Shown: in pieces, positions 23,372 to 29,779 of the stretch | Position numbering within the stretch: position 1 is the first letter of the stretch | Layout: each line of letters opens with the position of its first letter | Assembly (NCBI RefSeq): GCF_001465295.1 | Contig: NZ_CP011034.1 | Location: 270,001-302,000 of the forward strand | Reading direction: 5' to 3' | Origin: Pseudoalteromonas translucida KMM 520 | Lineage (GTDB): Bacteria > Pseudomonadota > Gammaproteobacteria > Enterobacterales > Alteromonadaceae | Length of the DNA: 32,000 nt | Translations under genes and position numbers: made by a program | Notes under the pieces: generated by a model | What the model saw: only the letters and a program-made list of their open reading frames with translations | Told to the model about the DNA's origin: nothing | Database searches by the model: none

Positions 23372-23410
23372 ACTTAGTTTATTTCAGGACAAAACATATT
23401 ATGAATTTCA

Positions 23411-23437
23411 GAAGCCGAGCTGCAGCTCGGCTTTTTT
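23411..23437 (+). terminator. Rho-independent terminator after proA
   Basis: The palindrome AAGCCGAGCTGCAGCTCGGCTT is followed by TTTTT. Confidence 0.85.
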
Positions 23438-23612
23438 ATGCAATAAATTAACTTAGGTTCTACTTTGCTCGCCAGTAAAATTAAAAAGCGTGCAATAGCG
23501 TTAGTTTTAACTATATGGCGTATATTTTTGGATTGAAATACAGAGTGAAACTTAAGATAGAATAACAAAAAATAGATGACTTTGAGACAATACTAAAGAG
23601 GGAGTAGGAAAG

Positions 23613-23688
23613 TGGTGGAGCTAAGCAGGATCGAACTGCTGACCTCCTGCGTGCAAGGCAGGCGCTCTCCCAGCTGAGCTATAGCCCC
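23613..23688 (-). tRNA. tRNA-Ala (anticodon UGC), with encoded CCA
   Basis: The reverse complement is GGGGCTATAGCTCAGCTGGGAGAGCGCCTGCCTTGCACGCAGGAGGTCAGCAGTTCGATCCTGCTTAGCTCCACCA. It has the G3:U70 Ala identity pair and the anticodon loop CTTGCAC. It is nearly identical in form to E. coli tRNA-Ala(UGC). Confidence 0.97.
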
Positions 23689-23747
23689 ACATTCCTAAAT
23701 TTTACATATTACGTAAAAGCTTGATTGCTGATTCTCAAGCGGGACGA

Positions 23748-23776
23748 ACTTTAAGATTTTTTATAAAATAGGTCAA
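23748..23776 (-). promoter_or_regulatory. Sigma-70 promoter for tRNA-Ala with GC-rich discriminator
   Basis: The minus strand reads TTGACC (23776-71), a 17-nt spacer, then TAAAGT (23753-48). TCGTCCCGC follows, a stringent-type GC discriminator. This implies a leader of about 50 nt before the mature 5' end. Confidence 0.6.
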
Positions 23777-23855
23777 GTATTTTTTCACTAATTTTACCGT
23801 TTAGATGAAATTTTGGTAGACTCAACAACAATATTCAGTAAAAAGACAATTAAAA

Positions 23856-24242
23856 ATGAAAAAGTATGCCTTAGTACTGATGGTTTTGCTTGTGGGCTGT
23901 GCTAACTCAAGTGACGAGCAACCTTATGAAATAAATAATAAACAGTTTCATGAAAAACAAGATGAGCAAGGAAATAAGCTATTTGCCTATGTCGTATCGG
24001 TAAAGGCTAAAAGTCGCCAGAACATTAATTTAGATAAAAAGTTTACCCGCAGTGACTTTGAGCGTTTTGCAGCGCAAGAGCATTTTGAAGAGTCGAGTAT
24101 TTTAAAACTGCAGTTAGAAGATCAAGCTGTTGAATTGTTAAATAAAGAGCTTGAAACACGCAACTATTGCCCCGCTAAGCATGAAATTAATGAGGTACTG
24201 TGGCGTGATTTAAGTGTGCAATTAAGAGGACGTTGTTTGTAG
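23856..24242 (+). CDS. Hypothetical lipoprotein
   Basis: 128 aa. The signal peptide carries the lipobox LLVG|C. The mature part is charged, with two C-terminal Cys residues. I recognise no family. Confidence 0.6.
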   Translation: MKKYALVLMVLLVGCANSSDEQPYEINNKQFHEKQDEQGNKLFAYVVSVKAKSRQNINLDKKFTRSDFERFAAQEHFEESSILKLQLEDQAVELLNKELETRNYCPAKHEINEVLWRDLSVQLRGRCL

Positions 24243-24243
24243 T

Positions 24244-24744
24244 ATGTTAGCTGATAAAACAAAGTTAGCAGCGCTATTAGCGCAGTTAAATATTAATTAT
24301 GAGGTTATAGAGCATCCACCATTACATGGCAGTTTAGATGCCGATGCCTTTATGGTGGAACGCCCGGGTACACGACTTAAAAATTTATTTTTACGTGATA
24401 ATGAAGGTAAGCGGCACTTTTTAGTTATAACCGCCCATGACAAGCAACTTGATTTAAAAGTATTGTCAAAACAACAAGGGTTATCGCGGCTAGGATTTGC
24501 CTCAAGCGAGCGTTTAGCGCGCTACTTAAAAGTAGCGCCTGGGTGTGTATCTATGCTTAGCCTAATGAACGACAAGCAAAACGAGGTAAGCGTTTGGCTA
24601 GATCAAGATATTTGGCAAGGCGAGTTATTTCATTGTCATCCGTTTGAAAATACCCAAACCTGGTTGCTTAATAAAGCAGACTTAGAGCTGTTTTTTAACT
24701 TTACTGAGCATCAGCCTCGCGTAGTATTTTTACCCTCAAGGTAA
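24244..24744 (+). CDS. YbaK/ProX-type aminoacyl-tRNA trans-editing (deacylase) domain protein
   Basis: 166 aa. The size and the motif GTRLKNLFLRDNEGKRHFLV...APGCVSMLSL...HCHP resemble stand-alone prolyl-tRNA-synthetase-associated editing domains. The ATG lies 1 nt after the upstream stop (TAGtATG). Confidence 0.7.
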   Translation: MLADKTKLAALLAQLNINYEVIEHPPLHGSLDADAFMVERPGTRLKNLFLRDNEGKRHFLVITAHDKQLDLKVLSKQQGLSRLGFASSERLARYLKVAPGCVSMLSLMNDKQNEVSVWLDQDIWQGELFHCHPFENTQTWLLNKADLELFFNFTEHQPRVVFLPSR

Positions 24745-25859
24745 GCCCATATAATTAGCATCAAGCCGCATAGACAAACAGCCAATAAAGCAGTCATAAA
24801 TGCGGTTTGCCCATGATGCTGATATATCACCCCTGGTAATAACGACCCAAGTGCACCGCCGCTGTAATAAAACGATACATACCCGCCATTAGTAACACTT
24901 GGTGGTGCTTTACTGATTTTATTCACTAAGGGCGCCGCAGTTGAGTGAATCACAAACATAGCCCCGCAAAATAATGTAAATGCGGCTAAAAATACTATTA
25001 GCTGGTGGCTCATTAACATGACAATACTAACACTGTAAAACAAAAATATAGCCGTTAATAAATGCCATGGCGAGGGCGCTTTTTTAAGTAACCAAGGCGT
25101 TGTAATAGAAGCTAAAGCACCAATTAAATACCCACTGTAAACCAAGCCAATATCGCGAGTATTAGTGATCAAAAAAGTATTTTGCAAAATAAAAGGTAAA
25201 TAATTAAGTAAAGCGGCAAAGCAAAAAAACATACAAAACACCGCACCATACACTTTTAGCAGCGGCCCTTCACGCAGTTGTTTAATATAGTCTAGAGGTG
25301 AAAGTATTGATTTAACGTTATTACTTTTAAAGCGGGTATGAGGAATACTCCACGTAAGCAAAATGAGCATGGTGGCAATAAAGTAGTAAAAACTTTGCCA
25401 ATGCCATATATCGCTAAAAATAGCTGCCAGAACACGCCCAAAATAGCCGCCTACTATGGTGCTGCCAATGTAGATTGTCATATTTTTTTGCAGTGTATCG
25501 GCACTAAAACTCATGCCAATATAACTGGTCATGGCTGTTAATGCCGCTGGTAATATTAGGCCTTGTAAAAAGCGTACCAATAACAGCAGCTCAAAGGTGG
25601 GGGCGTAAACAAATAATAAACAGCATCCTCCCAATAACAACATAGCAATGCGTAATATAAATAAAGGATTACGTTTAGTTAAAAACAACCCATACACTAA
25701 AGGCGCAATAGCCAGTGGTAGCATAGCCGCAGTCATTAAGCTGCCAGCAACGGCGGGGGCAACACCAAACTCAACTGCAAATAAGCCAAGCAGTGGTTGT
25801 GGAGCGTAAAGTACAAAAAAAATAAATACAGAGCAAAGCAGCAAGTGAGGTAAGCGCAT
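24711..25859 (-). CDS. MFS transporter
   Basis: 382 aa and hydrophobic throughout, with roughly 12 predicted helices by eye. An MFS-like loop is present (LFLTKRNPLFILRIAMLLLG). Confidence 0.8.
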   Translation of the reverse strand: MRLPHLLLCSVFIFFVLYAPQPLLGLFAVEFGVAPAVAGSLMTAAMLPLAIAPLVYGLFLTKRNPLFILRIAMLLLGGCCLLFVYAPTFELLLLVRFLQGLILPAALTAMTSYIGMSFSADTLQKNMTIYIGSTIVGGYFGRVLAAIFSDIWHWQSFYYFIATMLILLTWSIPHTRFKSNNVKSILSPLDYIKQLREGPLLKVYGAVFCMFFCFAALLNYLPFILQNTFLITNTRDIGLVYSGYLIGALASITTPWLLKKAPSPWHLLTAIFLFYSVSIVMLMSHQLIVFLAAFTLFCGAMFVIHSTAAPLVNKISKAPPSVTNGGYVSFYYSGGALGSLLPGVIYQHHGQTAFMTALLAVCLCGLMLIIWAYLEGKNTTRG

Positions 25860-26121
25860 TATATAGCTTGGTGAGTAACTAATAGTTAAGTGGCAGTATA
25901 TTAAAAATCCCTTGTGTTTGATAATCTAAAAACGATTACTTTAAGCGACTTTTGGTGTGCCCATAAATTGTAATGAGTAATTGTTTACTAAAAAGTTATC
26001 ATCTTTGCGCTAAATCATGGTGTTTTTATCGTCGTTTGTTAGATTAATGATGATAGCGCTGTTATTTACCAGCGTTGGTGATTAAAATAGTCTTAATATT
26101 AGTTTTTAGTGGAATAGAGCC

Positions 26122-26661
26122 ATGGGGTCACTTCAAGAGCAATTGCTCCAAGCAGGATTAACAACATCGCATAAAGCTAAAGTTGCTAAATCAGAAAAGC
26201 GTAAGCAGCAAAAAAAGCAAAAAAAGGGTGCAACCAGTAACCCTAGCGATTTACAAAAGCATATTCAACAAACAAAACTTGAGCAGCAACAAAAAGCAGA
26301 AGAGCTTAACCAGGCACGCCAAGGTAGTTTAAAGCAGCGCGAGCAAAGTGCCCGTGTTAAACAAATTTTAGAACACCATAACCAAGAAGCAATACGTGGT
26401 GAGCGTACTTTTAACTTTACTTACGAAAACAAAGTAAAGAGCATTGAAGTAAACGAAAGAACGCAAAAAGCGTTATCGGGTGGTCGCTTAGCTATTTGTG
26501 TGCTCGAAGGCCGATTTTACGTATTAGAAGACGAACCGGCACGTAAAGTAGCTGAAGTAGATGAACATTATATTGTTTTTCATGTTGAGCCAGAAAGCAA
26601 AGAAAAAGACGAAGACGATCCATACGCCGATTTTGAAATACCAGATGATTTAACGTGGTAA
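26122..26661 (+). CDS. DUF2058 / YaiL-like protein
   Basis: 179 aa. It shares LQEQLLQAGL at the N-terminus, a basic K/Q-rich segment, GRLAI in the middle and the acidic end DEDDPYADFEIPDDLTW with E. coli YaiL. Confidence 0.8.
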   Translation: MGSLQEQLLQAGLTTSHKAKVAKSEKRKQQKKQKKGATSNPSDLQKHIQQTKLEQQQKAEELNQARQGSLKQREQSARVKQILEHHNQEAIRGERTFNFTYENKVKSIEVNERTQKALSGGRLAICVLEGRFYVLEDEPARKVAEVDEHYIVFHVEPESKEKDEDDPYADFEIPDDLTW

Positions 26662-26835
26662 ATTTTAGTTAAGTGTAGACTCATTTAATTTTTGCTAAAG
26701 TTAACTTAAATGAGCTGTACATGTATTTGTTCTGATTGATCGTCAAATGCTATTAGTTACGTATGCTTTTTATAGTGTTGTTGACTACAATCACCAGAAC
26801 AGTTTTTTAACCGTCAAAAAAGAAGAGTAAATACA

Positions 26836-27159
26836 ATGAGCAAAATTAAAACACTTTTATTAGGCGCGGGTATTAGTTTAGCCGCAAGCTTGTCATTTAA
26901 TGCAGCTGCTGCAGATGGTGCTGCACTTTACACTGCTAAAAACTGCCAAACGTGTCACGGCGCAGAAGGTAAGGCACCTATTATGGGCATGTACCCTAAA
27001 TTAAATGGTCAAAATAAAGACTATTTAGTTGCACAAATGAAAGACATTAAATCAGGTGCGCGCAGTAATGGTATGTCTATGGCTATGAAAGCTATGGTAG
27101 CAACCGTAACAGATGAAGAGTTTGCTGCAATTGCTGATTACCTTGCAAACGTAAAATAA
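26836..27159 (+). CDS. Periplasmic monohaem class I cytochrome c (c4-half / c-55x type)
   Basis: 107 aa with a signal peptide. There is a single CQTCH haem site. The YPKLNGQNKDYLVAQMKDIKSG...M... pattern is typical of c4-like domains. Confidence 0.88.
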   Translation: MSKIKTLLLGAGISLAASLSFNAAAADGAALYTAKNCQTCHGAEGKAPIMGMYPKLNGQNKDYLVAQMKDIKSGARSNGMSMAMKAMVATVTDEEFAAIADYLANVK

Positions 27160-27184
27160 TAAACGCAGTTTATTATTTTTATTA

Positions 27185-27218
27185 AAAAACAGCCACACCT
27201 AGTGTGGCTGTTTTATTT
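27185..27218 (+). terminator. Rho-independent terminator after the cytochrome c gene
   Basis: An A-run precedes CAGCCACAC-cta-GTGTGGCTG, which is followed by TTTTATTT. Confidence 0.85.
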
Positions 27219-27225
27219 CCTGATG

Positions 27226-27250
27226 AAAAACCCCGTCATTTATGTCGGGG
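27226..27250 (-). terminator. Orphan minus-strand terminator-like hairpin
   Basis: The minus strand reads CCCCGaCAtaaaTGaCGGGG followed by TTTTT. No annotated minus-strand gene lies upstream of it. Confidence 0.35.
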
Positions 27251-27350
27251 ATGTAAGTCTTTAATTTCCTGATTGCTATAACCTAAATACTAATTTAGAC
27301 TTCTAAACATCTATTGCTCAATTGATCTTATGTGTATTTAAAGGCTTATT

Positions 27351-28118
27351 ATGTTTGATTTACCCCAGCTCGATTTAAAAAATAAAGTATCAGCACAAGA
27401 ATGGCAGCTACGAGTTGATCTAGCCGCCTGTTATAGGTTGGTGGATCATTTTCGTTGGGGCGATTTAATTTACACGCATTTATCAGCGCGGATACCGGGC
27501 AGTGATCATTACTTAGTGAATGCCTTTGGTTTAACCTTTGATGAAATCAGCGCTTCTAACTTAGTTAAAGTAGATTTAAGCGGCAATATTATTGACGACA
27601 CGCCTTTTAATATTAATCCAGCTGGCTTTACTATTCATAGCGCAATTCACGAAGTACGCGACGATGCGCATTGTGTGATTCATTTACACACGAAAGAAAC
27701 CATAGCTGTTGCTACACAAAAAAATGGCTTATTGCCACTAAGTCAGTATTCCATGTTCTCTTTGCCGTCGCTTTCGTATCATGGTTACGAAGGGTTAGCG
27801 GTTAACGATGATGAACGAAAACGCTTACAAGATGATTTAGGCAATACTAACCATATGTTGTTAGTTAACCACGGTGGCTTAACAGTGGGGCCAACGGTGG
27901 GCGATGCTTTTATGCGCTTTTATGATTTACAGCGCGCCTGTGAAATACAGCTCGCTATTCAAGCCAGTTCGCAGCAGGCTATTAGCGTCCCGCAGCCTAT
28001 AGTCGACAATATTTATAATCAAGCAAATGTAGTGCACAGTGGTAGTACTGGCGGGCAGTTAGCGTGGCCAGCTATGCTGCGCAAAGCGTACCGACTTGAT
28101 CCTAGTTTTGCAAAATAA
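27351..28118 (+). CDS. Class II aldolase/adducin-family protein
   Basis: 255 aa. The metal-ligand pattern is that of the FucA/AraD/MtnB fold (CVIHLHT ... LLVNHGGLTVG). Confidence 0.8.
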   Translation: MFDLPQLDLKNKVSAQEWQLRVDLAACYRLVDHFRWGDLIYTHLSARIPGSDHYLVNAFGLTFDEISASNLVKVDLSGNIIDDTPFNINPAGFTIHSAIHEVRDDAHCVIHLHTKETIAVATQKNGLLPLSQYSMFSLPSLSYHGYEGLAVNDDERKRLQDDLGNTNHMLLVNHGGLTVGPTVGDAFMRFYDLQRACEIQLAIQASSQQAISVPQPIVDNIYNQANVVHSGSTGGQLAWPAMLRKAYRLDPSFAK

Positions 28119-28145
28119 CCATTTAAAGGTTAATAAGGAATATTC

Positions 28146-29321
28146 ATGAAAGTAAATCGCGTTGAAGTGTTTGATATTCATTGCCCAGATCGTCCTGCTT
28201 GGACTCCAGTATTTGTACGTATTCATACTGATGAAGGCATTAGTGGTGTGGGTGAAGCGGGCCTTGCATATGATTTAGGCCACAGTGCTGCTGCCGCTAT
28301 GATCAAAGAAATGGCCGATGCATTTTTAATTGGCCACGATCCGTTTCAAACCGAAAAGCTGTGGTCGCGTATGCTACGTGAAAGCTTTTGGGGTTTAGGT
28401 GGCGGGCCTGTTGTATATGCTGCAATGAGTGCGATTGATACTGCCCTGTGGGATATTAAAGGTAAAGCACTGGGTGTACCTGTGTATCAACTACTTGGTG
28501 GTAAGGTTAACGACAAATTACGCACTTATGCATCGCAACTACAGTTTGATTGGGATAGCGAGTTTAAAGCATTAGTGCAGCCGCAAGAATACGCCGAAGC
28601 GGCTTTAAAAGCGGTTGCCGAAGGTTACGATGCAGTAAAAGTAGACCCAATTCAGTACGATAAAGACGGTAATACTTACTACGACCGCACTAATATTATT
28701 TCCCGGGCTGAAATGAAGTTGTATCGTGCGCGTATGCAAGCTATACGTGAAGCGGTAGGCGATGAAGTTGATATTATTTTTGAATGCCATAGCTTACCAG
28801 GGGTGACTTCGGCTATTCAATTGGGTGAAATAGCGAAAGAATTCGATTGCATGTTTTTTGAAGAACCCGTTAACTATTTAAACCATTCATTGCATGCCAA
28901 AGTGGCTGATAAAGTGGCCGTGCCAATTGCTGGTGGTGAGCGCTTGTATAACCGCTGGGGTGTACGCCCATACTTAGAAGATCAAAGTATTAATGTATTA
29001 CAACCCGATATTGGCTTATGTGGTGGTTTTACCGAAACGAAAAAAGTGTGTGACTACGCCGATATTTTTGATGTGCGCATTCAAGCACATGTATGTGGCG
29101 GGCCTGTAGCGACTGCAGCTTCACTGCATTTAGAAACAGCCATTCCTAACTTTTTAATTCATGAGCATCACACTTATGCGATTAAAAAATGGAACCGTGA
29201 GTTGTGTCTGCAAGATCCTCAACCTAAAAATGGCTTTTTTCAAGTATCGGAAGAGCCAGGTATTGGTATTGAATTAAACGATGAGATTGTAATGCGCTCG
29301 CAGCGTGTAGAAATTAAATAG
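28146..29321 (+). CDS. Enolase-superfamily (mandelate racemase/muconate lactonizing type) acid-sugar dehydratase-like enzyme
   Basis: 391 aa. The N-terminal capping domain shows DEGISGVGEA and IDTALWDIKGKALGVPVYQLLGG. Barrel metal ligands lie in KVDP, FFEEP and GGER, and QPD and AHVCGGP are present. The overall layout resembles DgoD-type dehydratases. Confidence 0.82.
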   Translation: MKVNRVEVFDIHCPDRPAWTPVFVRIHTDEGISGVGEAGLAYDLGHSAAAAMIKEMADAFLIGHDPFQTEKLWSRMLRESFWGLGGGPVVYAAMSAIDTALWDIKGKALGVPVYQLLGGKVNDKLRTYASQLQFDWDSEFKALVQPQEYAEAALKAVAEGYDAVKVDPIQYDKDGNTYYDRTNIISRAEMKLYRARMQAIREAVGDEVDIIFECHSLPGVTSAIQLGEIAKEFDCMFFEEPVNYLNHSLHAKVADKVAVPIAGGERLYNRWGVRPYLEDQSINVLQPDIGLCGGFTETKKVCDYADIFDVRIQAHVCGGPVATAASLHLETAIPNFLIHEHHTYAIKKWNRELCLQDPQPKNGFFQVSEEPGIGIELNDEIVMRSQRVEIK

Positions 29322-29335
29322 TTTTAGCATACCGA

Positions 29336-29375
29336 TTAAAAAGCCGCGTAGTGATAGCTCACTACGCGGCTTTTG
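29336..29375. terminator. Bidirectional terminator between the convergent dehydratase and lipoprotein genes
   Basis: A 12-bp stem pairs GCCGCGTAGTGA (29343-54) with TCACTACGCGGC (29359-70) around a 4-nt loop. An A-run lies on one side and TTTT on the other. Confidence 0.9.
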
Positions 29376-29392
29376 GCTATTTGGCACTATTG

Positions 29393-29776
29393 TTATAGCT
29401 GATTAACTTTACACTGCACGCCTTTTAACTGCTGCGTTGCTTTGCTATCAAGATGGCGAACAAAGCATTGCTTGCCTTTAATCATTAACTCAAACTGGTC
29501 GGGCATATTAAGCTGCTTACCCATAATAGGATTACCCATAGAGTCTTTATGGTTGAGTTTATCGAGTGTCACAGTACTGTTAGTAGTAAATACATCATCG
29601 GCTAATTGCACTTGTGAGCTATGCAGCAAGCTGGCAATAGCATTAGCTACTGCTACGCTATTAGGTGTTACTAATAGCGCATGTTGCAGCTTAGGAGTTG
29701 GCTCAGCACTTTGTGCTAAGCAGCCGCTGAGCGCGGTTGTTATAAATGCGATTACTGTAAGTCGGTGTACTTTCAT
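29393..29776 (-). CDS. Small hypothetical lipoprotein, co-transcribed with the S41 peptidase
   Basis: 127 aa. The lipobox is ALSG|C, and the mature part has two Cys residues. The ATG lies 3 nt after the peptidase stop (TAAaccATG). Confidence 0.65.
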   Translation of the reverse strand: MKVHRLTVIAFITTALSGCLAQSAEPTPKLQHALLVTPNSVAVANAIASLLHSSQVQLADDVFTTNSTVTLDKLNHKDSMGNPIMGKQLNMPDQFELMIKGKQCFVRHLDSKATQQLKGVQCKVNQL

Positions 29777-29779
29777 GGT

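Noticed and set aside
23374-23568. 64-aa minus-strand ORF between proA and tRNA-Ala
   Set aside because: It runs through the proA terminator palindrome and has no RBS, so it is probably non-coding.
23372-25859. tRNA-associated genomic island
   Set aside because: There is no integrase, no direct repeat of the tRNA 3' end and no obvious compositional shift. The tRNA 3' end faces the core proBA operon.
26042-26056. Fur-box-like AT-rich string GATTAATGATGATAG upstream of the DUF2058 gene
   Set aside because: It is only a loose resemblance to GATAATGATAATCATTATC, which is expected by chance in AT-rich spacers.
26679-26721. 9-bp AT-rich hairpin CTCATTTAA/TTAAATGAG after the DUF2058 gene
   Set aside because: It may be a weak terminator, but the stem is AT-rich, the loop is 17 nt and no T-run follows. 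It is too weak to annotate.
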